Assembly: GCA_965199955.1 (NCBI GenBank)
Contig: CBDATQ010000002.1
Coordinates: forward strand, 416,001 to 480,000
DNA from: Spirochaetia bacterium
GTDB taxonomy: Bacteria > Spirochaetota > Spirochaetia > SZUA-6 > Bin103
Direction: 5' to 3'
Length of the DNA stretch: 64,000 nucleotides
Within the stretch, counting starts at the first letter, position 1. Each line of letters begins with the position of its first letter. Positions 1 to 10,611 of the stretch are shown here, in pieces. The notes below the pieces were generated by a model. The model searched no databases, was not told the DNA's origin, and was given only the letters and a program-made list of their open reading frames with translations. A program made the translations under genes and the position numbers.

Positions 1-528
1 CGCGTTCTGTTCGCCGCCGCCGACACGTTCCGCGCCGCGGCCGCCGAGCAGCTCGGCATGCACGGACAGCGCCTGGGTATCCCTGTGGTCGCGCAAGGGC
101 AGGGAGCCGACGCCGGCGCCGTGCTCTTCGACGCGATCGACAGCGCGACCGCCCGCTCGGTCGACATCGTGCTGGCCGACACCTCCGGGCGCATGCATAC
201 CAACGCCGGACTCGACGCCGAGTTGCGCAAGCTGGTGCGGATCGCCGAGCGGCGCCGGGTCGCGCTGCACCGTCTGCTCGTGGTCGATGCCACGACCGGC
301 CGCAATGCCTTCGATCAGGCGCGCACCTTCCGCGACGGCGCCGGGGTGGACTCCATCCTGCTGTCCAAGCTGGACGCTACGGCGAAGGGCGGAGTGGTGC
401 TCGACATCTGCCACCAGCTCAAGCTGGGCGTCTCCTTCGTGGGCACCGGCGAGCGGATGGAGGATCTGTCCCGGTTCGATCCGGCAACCTACGTCACCGG
501 CCTGCTCGGCGACGGCCGCCGGGCGTGA
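1..528 (+). CDS. ftsY: Signal recognition particle receptor FtsY, 5'-partial
   Basis: Frame is open from base 1 (RVLFAAADTFRAAAAEQL). SRP-GTPase motifs DTSGR, DATTG, SKLDATAKGG and GTGE..DL..FD are present. Confidence 0.93.
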   Translation, partial: RVLFAAADTFRAAAAEQLGMHGQRLGIPVVAQGQGADAGAVLFDAIDSATARSVDIVLADTSGRMHTNAGLDAELRKLVRIAERRRVALHRLLVVDATTGRNAFDQARTFRDGAGVDSILLSKLDATAKGGVVLDICHQLKLGVSFVGTGERMEDLSRFDPATYVTGLLGDGRRA

Positions 529-1718
529 TGCGCCGGTCGCTGCCCGCGCTCGCGGCGGCGCTCGCGGTCACGGCGGTCGTCTCCGTCCCGGCTCAGACCG
601 TCGAGGGCAGGGACGTCTACTACCGCTCGAATGAGATCGGCATAGAGTTCGAGGAGATCCCGCAGGCTGCCGCCGCCGAACACCGGTTCGTCCTGGTGCA
701 TCGCGGAGCGGTGGAGGGTGGCGATGGGGCCGGCGAGGAGCGGCTCCTGCTGGACGGCGGCCGCCAGATCCGGCGGTGGGTGACGCTGCGGGATGCGGGC
801 GGCACGCTGATCGCCGAGTCCGACTACGCGGACGGGATGCTGGTCGCCGAACGAAGCTTCGACCACACGGGCAAGCTCGCGGAGGTGAGCGAGTACGACC
901 GCGGGGTGCTGGCCAGCCGTGCCGCCTATGCGTACGAGCCGCGGATGGTACGGGTCGTGGTGACCGGCAGCGACGGTGCGGTGCTGCAGACCGCGACCTA
1001 CGAGCTGGCCGCCACCGGTCAGCTGCGTGACTTCGCCCGTGTCGAGCCCGGGGCGGATCGGCTGGGCGTCCGCTTCGTGTTCGCCGGCGGGACGCTGGTC
1101 GAGGAGGCGGTCACCTCCGGGGCGACCCGGCTGGTTTCGCGTTATCTCGCCGGCGAGCGCTACGAGGCCGAGGAGTGGCGTGGCGACGTCCTGCATGCCG
1201 TTCGCGAGCTCGAGCGCTCGCCCGACGGGTTCCTGGTGGGCGAGACCAGGATCGAGCCTGCGCTGGACCGGCGGACGGCCTCCCGCTTCGACGCGGCGGG
1301 CCGGGTTCTGGAGGCGGTCACCACCGAGGGCGGCCGGCAGGTCGAGATGGTCCGGCACCACCGCGACGCCGCCGGACGGATCGTCACCACGCGGCGGGAG
1401 ACCGATGCCGGCGAAGAGCGGTGGGAGTACGAGTACGTCACGGACTCGCAGGCCGGGTCGGCTACGGAGGACACCCCGGACGATCGCCTGCGCACCGTCA
1501 GGTTCGATCAGAACGATGAGATCGTGTCGGTCACGACGTACGAGTGGCCGTCGGACGACGACGGGCAACCAACCCGTCAGGCCGACTACTACCGCGACGG
1601 AGCCCCCTATCTGCGCGTGCACTTCCGGGGCGACACGCGGGTTCGCGAGCAGGTCTTGAGGGACGGACAGGTGGTCCGGGAACGCGTGTTCGATGACGGT
1701 GCCGGCACGCAGCGGTGA
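525..1718 (+). CDS. Exported hypothetical protein with YD/RHS/MORN-like short beta repeats
   Basis: N-terminal signal peptide (…VSVPAQ) and recurring (Y/F)D-x-x-G-(R/K) units (FDHTGKL, YDRGVL, FDAAGRV, RDAAGRI). GTGA overlap with ftsY. Confidence 0.6.
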   Translation: MMRRSLPALAAALAVTAVVSVPAQTVEGRDVYYRSNEIGIEFEEIPQAAAAEHRFVLVHRGAVEGGDGAGEERLLLDGGRQIRRWVTLRDAGGTLIAESDYADGMLVAERSFDHTGKLAEVSEYDRGVLASRAAYAYEPRMVRVVVTGSDGAVLQTATYELAATGQLRDFARVEPGADRLGVRFVFAGGTLVEEAVTSGATRLVSRYLAGERYEAEEWRGDVLHAVRELERSPDGFLVGETRIEPALDRRTASRFDAAGRVLEAVTTEGGRQVEMVRHHRDAAGRIVTTRRETDAGEERWEYEYVTDSQAGSATEDTPDDRLRTVRFDQNDEIVSVTTYEWPSDDDGQPTRQADYYRDGAPYLRVHFRGDTRVREQVLRDGQVVRERVFDDGAGTQR

Positions 1719-3051
1719 CCCCGGGCCGGTTCGGGCATCCGTCGCCGGCGACGTCAGACTGGCGCTGGCACTGGTGGGCGTCCACCTGCGCGGACGCCCG
1801 GGCCGCGGCCGCGCCTCGCTGGCGATCGCCGTGGTCGGCATGGGCGCGGGCGTGATGATGCTGACCAGCGTGCTCGGCATCATGAACGGTCTGCAACTCG
1901 GCTACATCGAGGATCTGGTGGAGATCGGCTCGTTCCACCTGCGGCTGAGCCGCGACGGTCACGAGCCCCTGCCGCCGCGCGTCCTGGCGGACATCGAAGA
2001 ACGACCCACCGTGCGGACGGTCACACCGCTCGCCGACCTCACGGCGATGGTCGGCCGGCCGTCCGGCCGGCACCGGCACGGGATTACGCTGCGCGCGGTA
2101 CCGGCCGACGTCGCCGTCCGCGCGCCCTCGTTCGCCGCGCAGCTCGGCCTGGGGCCGGCGCCGCTCGAGCTCGGCACCCTGACGCTGGGCGTGGGGGCGG
2201 CCGCGCAGCTCGGCGTTGGCGACGGGGACGAGGTCGCGGTGTACCTGGTCGACCGGACGGCAGCCGGCGGGGGGCCGGCGGCGCGGGTCGCGTCGCTGAT
2301 CGTCGCCGGCACGTTCGAGAGCGGCTTCACGGAGTTCGACCGCCACTGGGCCGTGACGTCGCTGTCGACCGCGGAGCTGATCACGAGCGGGGGCGTGCCG
2401 CTCGAGTACGGCATCAAGCTGGTCAACCGGTTCCGCGATCGCACCGAGCGTGCAGCCGTGGAGGACATGCTCGCCGGCCGGCTTCCCGTCGCGGACTACC
2501 AGGTGCGCACGTGGCGGGAATTCAATCAGGCGTTCTACGGCGCGTTGCGCACGGAGAAGCTGCTGATGTCGACGCTCATCGGGCTCGCCTTCGTGGTGGT
2601 CGCCTTCAACGTCTTCCACGGCATGCGGCGCCGCATCCAGGAGCGCCGCCAGGAGATCGGTGTGCTGCGCGCGCTGGGCGCGACCCCCACGACGCTGCGG
2701 CTGGCGTATGCCATGGAGGCGGGGGCGGGCGGCGTGATCGGCGTGGCGTGCGGCCTGGCGGCAGGTCTGGCGATCGCAGACAACCTGACCGCGCTGCTCC
2801 GGGTTACCGAGTCGGCGACGAACGCGTTGCTGGCCACGGCGCGGTTCTTCGCCGTGCCCCCCACGGCGCCGCGGGCGCTGCCGTCCGGGGCGCTGTTCCA
2901 GCTCGAGCGGATCCCCAACCGCGTCCTGCTGCACGAGGCGGTGCTCACCTGCGCTGTGGCCATCGGCGCCGGGCTCACCGCGGCGCTGGCAGCGGGGCGC
3001 TGGCTGCGCCGCATCACCCCGGAGCGCATTCTCCGCGAGGCGCGTGAATGA
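1693..3051 (+). CDS. LolC/LolE-family (FtsX-like) ABC permease
   Basis: TM1 followed by VLGIMNGLQ, a large periplasmic domain, then W…N..FYGALRTEK and ERRQEIGVLRALGAT. Confidence 0.85.
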   Translation: MTVPARSGDPGPVRASVAGDVRLALALVGVHLRGRPGRGRASLAIAVVGMGAGVMMLTSVLGIMNGLQLGYIEDLVEIGSFHLRLSRDGHEPLPPRVLADIEERPTVRTVTPLADLTAMVGRPSGRHRHGITLRAVPADVAVRAPSFAAQLGLGPAPLELGTLTLGVGAAAQLGVGDGDEVAVYLVDRTAAGGGPAARVASLIVAGTFESGFTEFDRHWAVTSLSTAELITSGGVPLEYGIKLVNRFRDRTERAAVEDMLAGRLPVADYQVRTWREFNQAFYGALRTEKLLMSTLIGLAFVVVAFNVFHGMRRRIQERRQEIGVLRALGATPTTLRLAYAMEAGAGGVIGVACGLAAGLAIADNLTALLRVTESATNALLATARFFAVPPTAPRALPSGALFQLERIPNRVLLHEAVLTCAVAIGAGLTAALAAGRWLRRITPERILREARE

Positions 3052-3764
3052 CCGCGCCTCCGGTCCTGTCGATGCATCGGGTCACCAAGCGCTACGGGCG
3101 CGCCGCCGGCGACGGGCTGGTCCTGCGCGGAATCGATCTCGATCTCGCCCCCGGCGCCTCGGTTGCCATCACCGGCGTCAGCGGCTCCGGCAAGAGCACG
3201 CTGCTCAATCTGGCCGCCGGCCTGGACCGCGTCACGTCCGGCACGGTACGGCTGGACGGGACCGATCTCACGGTCCTGGACGAAGTCGAGCTGGCGTTGC
3301 AGCGGCGCAGGCTGGGCATGATCTTCCAGTTCCACCACCTGCTGCGCGACTTCACGGTGCTCGAAAACGTGGCGATGCCGGTGCGCCTGCAGAATCGACC
3401 TGCCGCGGACGCGGTTGCCGCGGCGCGCGAGATGCTCGACCGCGTCGGGCTCATCGGCGCGGGCCACCGATACCCCACGGAACTCTCCGGGGGCGAGCAG
3501 CAACGGGTGGCGGTGGCGCGGGCGCTGGCCGGGCGGCCGGCCATGATCCTGGCCGATGAGCCGACCGGCAACCTGGACCGGGCGGCGTCGGACGCGGTCG
3601 CCGACCTGCTGTTCACTCTGGTCGCCGACCACGGCGCCGCCTGCCTGCTGGTCACGCACGACATCGATCTGGCCCTTCGGGCCGCCCGTGCGCTGACGCT
3701 TGCCGACGGCGTGCTCGTCGAGGGGGCTGCGGGCGCGCCGCCGCCGGCCGGCGGCGCGCCATGA
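3048..3764 (+). CDS. lolD: LolD-like ABC ATP-binding protein
   Basis: GVSGSGKST, IFQFHHLL, LSGGEQQRVAVARAL, ILADEPTGNLD, VTHD; lies between two LolC/E permeases. Confidence 0.88.
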   Translation: MTAPPVLSMHRVTKRYGRAAGDGLVLRGIDLDLAPGASVAITGVSGSGKSTLLNLAAGLDRVTSGTVRLDGTDLTVLDEVELALQRRRLGMIFQFHHLLRDFTVLENVAMPVRLQNRPAADAVAAAREMLDRVGLIGAGHRYPTELSGGEQQRVAVARALAGRPAMILADEPTGNLDRAASDAVADLLFTLVADHGAACLLVTHDIDLALRAARALTLADGVLVEGAAGAPPPAGGAP

Positions 3765-5005
3765 ACCTGCCGGCCGCGCCGTGGCTGGGAGTGATGATCG
3801 CCGGGCGCGGGCACGCTCGCGGCGGCCCCGGCCTGGCCGGCACCACCCTTGGCATCGCCCTGAGCCTGGTGCCCGTGATCGTCGTGCTGGTGGTGGCGGA
3901 CGGCATGATCGAAGGCATCACCGGGCGGTTCCTGGAGGTGGACACCTACCACGCGCGGATCGTCCCGCCGGCAGGCGGTGACGCGGAACGCCTGGCGGCG
4001 GCGGTGCGCGCCGCCCCGGGGGTGACGCTGGCCGAGGTGGAGGTGCGCAGCCTGGGGTTGCTGTTCAGCGCGGAGGGACTGCGCACCGACGTGCAGGTCC
4101 GTTTCGTGAACCCGGACCTGCTGCAACGCGATGCGGGGCTGCGTCGCTACCTCAGCGTGGAGGGATCCTTCGACCTGCAGGCGGGGAACCAGGCGGTGAT
4201 CGGGCGGGAGCTGGCGGAGACGCTGGGGGTGACGACCGGCGACCGGGTGGGGCTCTGGGTTCAGGGCGCGCCCCGCCTCGCCGCGGTGCGGATCGCCGGC
4301 GTGTACCGGTCCGGCTATCAGCACCTTGACGGAACGTTTGCATTCATGGGCGCAGCGGCCGCCAGCGATCTCGGCGCCACGGGGTTCCGATTCCTGGGTG
4401 TCAAGGTCCGCGACCCGTTCGGAGAGCTCGACACGGTGATGGAGGAACTGGGCAGGATCCTCCCACCGGAGGCGCGGCTGATCGGCTGGTTCGACCTGCA
4501 ACGCTCCGCGTACCGGTCCTTTCGCGCCACCAAGGTGTGGCTGACGCTGATCATGGCCGTGATCGCGCTGGTGGCGACGGTCAACGTGGCTTCCGCGCTG
4601 CGCATGCTGCTGATCGAACGAAGCGCCGAGATGGCCTACGTGCGTGCCATGGGCGGTTCCGGCGACCAGGTCGGCATGGCGTTCCTGACGGTGGGTCTGG
4701 TCAGCGGCGCGGCGGGTGGAGTGGCAGGCGTCGCGCTGGGGCTGGCCGCGGCGGTCAACGTCAACGAGCTGCTGGCGGCGATCGAGTGGAGCGTGAACGC
4801 GGCTGCGCTGCTGCTTGCCGGAGCGGACGGGCCGGCGCGACTGATCGACCGCTCCTTCTATCTGGAACGGATTCCGGTCCGCCCCGATCCCGGGCAGCTG
4901 CTGGCCGCCGTAGCGGCCGTGACCGTCGCGGCGGCGATCGCCGCGGTGCGTCCCGCGCTGCACGCCGCGCGCCTGCGGCCGGTCGAGTCGCTCCGGCAGC
5001 GATAG
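3761..5005 (+). CDS. LolC/LolE-family ABC permease
   Basis: GIALSLVPVIVVLVVADGMIEGIT, a periplasmic domain, ERSAEMAYVRAMG and C-terminal PALHAARLRPVESLR. Confidence 0.85.
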   Translation: MNLPAAPWLGVMIAGRGHARGGPGLAGTTLGIALSLVPVIVVLVVADGMIEGITGRFLEVDTYHARIVPPAGGDAERLAAAVRAAPGVTLAEVEVRSLGLLFSAEGLRTDVQVRFVNPDLLQRDAGLRRYLSVEGSFDLQAGNQAVIGRELAETLGVTTGDRVGLWVQGAPRLAAVRIAGVYRSGYQHLDGTFAFMGAAAASDLGATGFRFLGVKVRDPFGELDTVMEELGRILPPEARLIGWFDLQRSAYRSFRATKVWLTLIMAVIALVATVNVASALRMLLIERSAEMAYVRAMGGSGDQVGMAFLTVGLVSGAAGGVAGVALGLAAAVNVNELLAAIEWSVNAAALLLAGADGPARLIDRSFYLERIPVRPDPGQLLAAVAAVTVAAAIAAVRPALHAARLRPVESLRQR

Positions 5006-5006
5006 A

Positions 5007-5035
5007 TTGATCGGTGGGGCGTCCTTTGCGATACT
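5007..5035 (+). promoter_or_regulatory. Putative sigma70 promoter of clpC
   Basis: TTGATC-17 bp-GATACT, with TG before the -10. Confidence 0.45.
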
Positions 5036-5104
5036 CTGCTGCAGGCAGTGCATCGCGACCGATGCTCAAAGCTCCCCGGGAACTGTGAACCACGGAGGCA
5101 GGAC

Positions 5105-7588
5105 ATGATGTGGAAGGGCCTGACCCAGCGCGCCCAGAAGGTCATCTCGTTCAGAGCGCAGGAAGAGGCGAAGCGGTGTCATGCCGAGAAGCTGCTCCCG
5201 GAGCACATCATCCTGGCGCTGCTCAAGGATGGCGAAGGGGTGGCGGTCAAGGCCCTGCAGCGGGTCAAGGTCAACATCGACGAGATGCGCCGGGACATCG
5301 AGCGCAGCCTGACGCAGGGGAAGGGCGGCCTCATCCTCGGCGACATCGAGGTATCCGAACGCGCCCAGACGGTGCTGAAGGGCGCGACGCACGAAGCCAA
5401 GAACATGGGCCACGTCTACGTCGGCACCGAGCACCTGCTCCTGTCCGCGGCGCGCGACGAGGGCGGCGCGACGTACCGCTACCTCGCGCAGCGCAACGTG
5501 TCCCTCGAGCAGCTCAGGGAGGCGATCATCCGCATCAACGGGCTCGGCGAAACGCGGCAGAGCTCCGGGACGCCGAAGCGGCGCACGCAGACGGCCGCCC
5601 GCAAACCCACGCCGACCCTGGACGAATTCAGCCGTGACCTGACCACGCTGGCGCGCGAGGGCAAGCTGGACCCGGTCGTGGGCCGCGCCCGCGAGATCCA
5701 GCGGGTGATCCAGATCCTGGCGCGGCGCACCAAGAACAACCCGGTGCTGATCGGCGAGCCGGGAGTCGGCAAGACCGCGATCGTCGAAGGGCTGGCTCAG
5801 AAGGTGGTCAACGGAACCGCGCCCGACGTCCTGCACGGACGGCGCGTGCTGACGCTGGACCTGGCGTCGCTCGTGGCCGGCACCAAGTATCGTGGCGAGT
5901 TCGAGGAGCGGCTGAAGCGGGTGATGAAGGAGATCGTCACCTCCGGCAACATCATCATGTTCATCGATGAGCTGCACACGATCATCGGCGCCGGCGGCGC
6001 CGAAGGGGCGATCGACGCCTCCAACATGCTCAAGCCGGCCCTGTCGCGCGGCGAGCTGCAGTGCATCGGCGCCACCACGCTGGCCGAGCACCGCAAGTAC
6101 ATCGAGCGCGACGCCGCGCTGGAGCGCCGCTTCCAGTCCGTGTTCGTGGACGAGCCCTCTGTGGACGAGACGGTGGAGATCCTCAAGGGGGTCAAGGACC
6201 GCTACGCCCAGTTCCACGGCGTCTTCTACACCTACGAAGCGCTGGAGGCGGCCGCGTCCCTCTCCGCCCGCTACATCTCCGACCGCCACCTGCCGGACAA
6301 GGCGATCGACCTGCTGGACGAATCGGGGTCGCGCAGCCGCATCGACAACGGCGCCCGGCCGAAGGAGCTGGTCAAGCTCGACCAGGAGATCGAGCGGCTG
6401 ATGGTCGAGAAGACCAACTTGGTCAACAGCCAGAACTACGAGAAGGCGGCCGCCGTGCGCGACAAGGTCGGCCTGCTGCGCCAGCAGCTCGACAAGCAGG
6501 AGCGCGCGTGGGCGCAGACCACGCAGGGCGAGCAGCGGCTGGTGGAGCCGGAGGACATCCAGCGCGTGATCTCCGAGATCACCGGCGTGCCGCTGGCGCG
6601 CATCGCGCAGTCGGAGTCGCGCCGCCTGCTGGAGATCGAGAACGAGCTGCACGAGCGCATGGTCGGCCAGGAAGAGGCGATCAGCGTGGTGGCCGCGGCG
6701 ATCCGCCGGTCGCGCACCGGCCTGTCGTCACCGAAGCGGCCGATGGGTTCGTTCGTGTTCCTGGGCCCGACCGGCGTGGGCAAGACCGAGCTTGCCAAGA
6801 CCCTGGCGGAGTTCATGTTCGGCGACGAGGAGTCGCTGATCCTGGTCGACATGTCCGACTACATGGAGAAGCACAACGTGTCGCGGCTGGTGGGAGCGCC
6901 GCCCGGCTACGTCGGCTACGACGAAGGCGGCATGCTTACCGAGAAGGTGCGGCGCCGGCCCTACAGCGTCATCCTGCTGGATGAGATCGAGAAGGCGCAC
7001 CCCGACGTGTTCAACATCCTCCTGCAGGTGCTGGAGGAGGGGCAGCTCCAGGACCAGCTGGGCCACACGGTGTCGTTCCGCAACACCATCCTGATCATGA
7101 CCTCGAACGCGGGTGCCCGCGAGATCATCCAGGATGGCTCTCTCGGCTTCCGCACCGAGAAACAGGCGATGCGCTTCGCCGACATCAAGTCCTCGGCGCT
7201 GGCCGAGATGAAACGGCTGTTCCGCCCCGAGTTCCTGAACCGCGTCGACGAGGTGGTGGTCTTCCACGCCCTGGAACGCGAGCATCTGGACAAGATCCTG
7301 CACCGCCTGATCGGCGAGGTCGGCGAACGGCTCGCGGAACAGAACATCGACCTGCGGGTCAGCCGGCGCGCGCGTGGCTACCTGATCGACAACGGCTCCG
7401 ACGAGAAGTACGGCGCGCGGCCGCTGCGCCGTCTGATCCAGAAAGAGGTGGAAGACCCACTGTCCCTGGAGATCCTGCGCGGCCGCTTTCTTCCCGGCAG
7501 CGGCGTGACGGTCGACGTCAAGGACGATCGCCTGGTGTTCCGCAAGCGACGCGCGGCCCAGCCGGCCAAAGAGCTCGTCACTACCTGA
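5105..7588 (+). CDS. clpC: ATP-dependent Clp protease ATP-binding subunit ClpC
   Basis: Two Clp-N repeats, [17 protein letters not shown] motif ([11 protein letters not shown]), [17 protein letters not shown] and an LGF ClpP loop. GGAGG precedes ATG 5105. Confidence 0.95.
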   Translation: MMWKGLTQRAQKVISFRAQEEAKRCHAEKLLPEHIILALLKDGEGVAVKALQRVKVNIDEMRRDIERSLTQGKGGLILGDIEVSERAQTVLKGATHEAKNMGHVYVGTEHLLLSAARDEGGATYRYLAQRNVSLEQLREAIIRINGLGETRQSSGTPKRRTQTAARKPTPTLDEFSRDLTTLAREGKLDPVVGRAREIQRVIQILARRTKNNPVLIGEPGVGKTAIVEGLAQKVVNGTAPDVLHGRRVLTLDLASLVAGTKYRGEFEERLKRVMKEIVTSGNIIMFIDELHTIIGAGGAEGAIDASNMLKPALSRGELQCIGATTLAEHRKYIERDAALERRFQSVFVDEPSVDETVEILKGVKDRYAQFHGVFYTYEALEAAASLSARYISDRHLPDKAIDLLDESGSRSRIDNGARPKELVKLDQEIERLMVEKTNLVNSQNYEKAAAVRDKVGLLRQQLDKQERAWAQTTQGEQRLVEPEDIQRVISEITGVPLARIAQSESRRLLEIENELHERMVGQEEAISVVAAAIRRSRTGLSSPKRPMGSFVFLGPTGVGKTELAKTLAEFMFGDEESLILVDMSDYMEKHNVSRLVGAPPGYVGYDEGGMLTEKVRRRPYSVILLDEIEKAHPDVFNILLQVLEEGQLQDQLGHTVSFRNTILIMTSNAGAREIIQDGSLGFRTEKQAMRFADIKSSALAEMKRLFRPEFLNRVDEVVVFHALEREHLDKILHRLIGEVGERLAEQNIDLRVSRRARGYLIDNGSDEKYGARPLRRLIQKEVEDPLSLEILRGRFLPGSGVTVDVKDDRLVFRKRRAAQPAKELVTT

Positions 7589-7589
7589 G

Positions 7590-10574
7590 TTGACGTACTT
7601 CCTCGAACGGGGCGCGCCGGTCACGCGCGTCCTGCGGGTGGCCCTGTTCCTGGCGCTGGCCCTGCCGGCTGCCGCTCAGGATGCCCGCGAACTCTATCAA
7701 CGAGGCGCCGACGCCTTCGCCGACGGTCTGTTCTCCAATGCGGTGCAGTCGTTCGACACGCTGGCCGAACGCTATCCGGACTCGGAGCTGCGCGCGGACG
7801 CCACCTTCCTGCTCGCGCTCGCCCACTACCATCTGGGGCACCATGCGAACTCGTACGACCTGTTGGGGTCGTTCGCCCGGTTGTTCCCGGACTCCGAGCA
7901 CGTCGCGGTCCTCGGCCACTGGCAGGCGGCCATCCGCCTGGCGCAGGGGCGGGCGACCGAGGCGGTCGAGCGGGCCGAGCGGCAACTGGAGCGCACGGAC
8001 ACACCGCCGGAGTACCGGTGGCGCACCCTGCTGCTGCACGCCACCGCACTGGAGCAGGACGGCCGCGCGGAGGATGCCGAGCGCGCCTACCTGGCCTTGG
8101 TCAGCGAACTGCCGGCGTCGCAGCAGGCCGACGCGCTGTTCCGGGCGGGACAGCTCGCCTACCAGGCCGGCCGCTATGCTGAGGCGGCAGAGACATTCGG
8201 GCGCATCGTGCTGGCGCACTCGGGCAGCCCCCGCGCGCCGCAGGCGCTGTACGCGCAGGCCGATGCCTCGCTGCTGGCCGGGCAGCCCGCTGCAGCGGCG
8301 GAACGCTTCAGCCGGTACCTGGAACTGTTCCCCTCAGGTCCCCTGGCGGGAGCGGCGCTCAGGCGCCTTCCGTTCCTGTACCTGAGCATGGAGGAGTTCG
8401 CATCGGCGGCACAGTGGGCCGACGCGGCGCTGGAGGAAGGACACGCGGCCGACCTCGCCGCCCGGCTGCTGCAGGTCAAGGGTGAGGCGGCGCTGCAGCT
8501 CGGCGACCCGGCGGGCGCGGTCACGGAGCTGACGGCAGCGCTGGCCGGCGGCCTCGATCCGGGCGACGCGCAACGGGCCGACTACTACCTCGCGCTTGCC
8601 TACTTGCAGACTGGTCAGCGGGTGCCGGGGCTGGAGTCGCTGCAGGATGCCGGTGACGGGCCGGACGCCGGCGTGGCGGCACGCGCCGTCCTGAACCGTG
8701 CCTACCTTCTGATCGAGGACGGAGCGCTGGAAGAGGGCGTGACGGCGCTGGAGGACTTCGCGGAGCGGTTTCCCAATCACCCGCGCATCACGGAGGCGCT
8801 GCAGATCCTGGCGCAGACGCGGGAGGCGCTGGAGGACACGGAGGCGGCGCTCGACGCCTGGGAACGGCTGTGGCGGGTGGCGGAGGCAACGGACTCGACC
8901 GCCATGCTGGCTGCCGCCGGTCCGGGGGACGTGTCGATGGCCGGGTTGCTGCGCGTGGCTGATGCCGCGGTCGCCGTCGACCAGGACACTCGCGCACTCC
9001 GGGTACTCGCGGATCTGCGGGAGTTCGGTTCGGCTCCCGAGTCGCTGGAGGCGATCTATCGCATCGGCCGCATCTACGGCGCGCGCGGCGAGCACAAGCG
9101 CGCCGCCGACTTCTACCGGGAGGTCGTGGACGCCGGCCCGTCGGGGGAGCTCAAGTGGCGTGCCCGCCTGGCTCTGGGAGCGGAGCTGTACAACGCCGGA
9201 GCGTACGAAGAGGCGCTGATCTACCTGCGCGACGGACACGGCGCCAGCGTCTGGGAACCGTATCGCCACCTGGCGCTGGGTCGCGTGTACTACCGGCTGC
9301 GGCGGTCGGACGAGGCGAACACCGCTCTGGCGGTGGCGGCGCAGGCGCCCGATGCGGCGGTCGCGGTCGAAGCCTCCTACCTGTATGCCGCCGCCCACTA
9401 TCAGGGCGGACGCTACGATCCGGCGCGCGACGCGTACCTGGCTTTCGCAGAGCGGTTTCCCGCGGCTGCCCAGGTGCCGTCGGCGTTCTACCGCGCCGCC
9501 CTCAGCGAACTGCGCATGGACCGGCCCGATCAGGCGCGTGATCTTCTCGTCACCGCCCTCGGGACCATCGAATCGCGGGAAGTCCGCGCGGGACAGGGAG
9601 TGGCGGCGGGGCAGGCCGGCGCCGGGACCGGCGGCGTCGACCTGGCGCACGAGGTCCTGTACATGCTGGTGGAGGGTGCGCTCCTCGCCGGCAGCACGGA
9701 CGAGGCGGGGGCCGCCCTGGAGAAGCTGCGGCAGCGGGCGCCGGCCGGCCTCATGGCGGCGGAAGCGGGTCTGCGGTACGGGGAGTACCTGATCGCGCAC
9801 GGCCAGGAGGAAGCGGGCCTGCAGGTTCTGCAGCAGGTCGCGGCGGACGCCGGGGAGGACGGGCCCGGACGGCGGGCGCTGTCGTCCGCGGCGACGGCGG
9901 CGGAGGCGCTCGGCCGCCACGCCGACGCCGCCGATCTCCACTGGCGTACGCTGTTGGCCGCCCACGACACCGGCCTTCGCGAGCGGGCCCTGGAGGGGTT
10001 GCGCGCGAGCCTTCAGGCGATCGGCGCGGCGAGCGCCAGGCGCTACTATCTGGTTGCCGCGGTTTCCGACGAGGCCACGCTGCCCGCCGAGGTACGCGCT
10101 CGCGTGCTGTACGACTACGCGATGCTGATCCAGACGGACGACGCCGTCTCGATCCTGGAGGAGGCGCTCCCCGATCTGAGCCCGGGGCCGGAACGGGACG
10201 ACGGGTACTTCCTGCTCGCCGAGCGTTACCGTCAGGCCGGTGAGCCGCAGCGCGCGATCGATGCCTATCGCGTGGTTTCGGAGGTCGCGGTGGCCGGCGG
10301 CGGCAGGCAGGCGGAGGCGCACCTGCGCCGGGCTCAGCTCATGGTGGAGACCGACGGCGAACAGGCGGCCGCCGACGAGCTTGCGAACGTGGCGCTGCGG
10401 TTCCCCGGCGAGGTCGAGATCGCTGCCGAGGCGCTCTATTACGCCGTGGGGCTGTGGCGGAACAACGGCGCGGAACGAGCAGCCAACCGCCTGCAGGACC
10501 GGCTGTACGAACGCTACCCGGACAGCGAGTGGACGGAGCGCCTGCGCAAGGAGCGGCGGGGCTCGGAAGGCTGA
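7590..10574 (+). CDS. Large exported TPR protein (BamD/CpoB-like repeats)
   Basis: Signal peptide (ALPAAAQ) and many TPR units ending (Y/F)P.S. Confidence 0.85.
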   Translation: MTYFLERGAPVTRVLRVALFLALALPAAAQDARELYQRGADAFADGLFSNAVQSFDTLAERYPDSELRADATFLLALAHYHLGHHANSYDLLGSFARLFPDSEHVAVLGHWQAAIRLAQGRATEAVERAERQLERTDTPPEYRWRTLLLHATALEQDGRAEDAERAYLALVSELPASQQADALFRAGQLAYQAGRYAEAAETFGRIVLAHSGSPRAPQALYAQADASLLAGQPAAAAERFSRYLELFPSGPLAGAALRRLPFLYLSMEEFASAAQWADAALEEGHAADLAARLLQVKGEAALQLGDPAGAVTELTAALAGGLDPGDAQRADYYLALAYLQTGQRVPGLESLQDAGDGPDAGVAARAVLNRAYLLIEDGALEEGVTALEDFAERFPNHPRITEALQILAQTREALEDTEAALDAWERLWRVAEATDSTAMLAAAGPGDVSMAGLLRVADAAVAVDQDTRALRVLADLREFGSAPESLEAIYRIGRIYGARGEHKRAADFYREVVDAGPSGELKWRARLALGAELYNAGAYEEALIYLRDGHGASVWEPYRHLALGRVYYRLRRSDEANTALAVAAQAPDAAVAVEASYLYAAAHYQGGRYDPARDAYLAFAERFPAAAQVPSAFYRAALSELRMDRPDQARDLLVTALGTIESREVRAGQGVAAGQAGAGTGGVDLAHEVLYMLVEGALLAGSTDEAGAALEKLRQRAPAGLMAAEAGLRYGEYLIAHGQEEAGLQVLQQVAADAGEDGPGRRALSSAATAAEALGRHADAADLHWRTLLAAHDTGLRERALEGLRASLQAIGAASARRYYLVAAVSDEATLPAEVRARVLYDYAMLIQTDDAVSILEEALPDLSPGPERDDGYFLLAERYRQAGEPQRAIDAYRVVSEVAVAGGGRQAEAHLRRAQLMVETDGEQAAADELANVALRFPGEVEIAAEALYYAVGLWRNNGAERAANRLQDRLYERYPDSEWTERLRKERRGSEG

Positions 10575-10611
10575 CGGCCGCCGGGCACGCGTAAGGTGGG
10601 GATGGGGGGCG

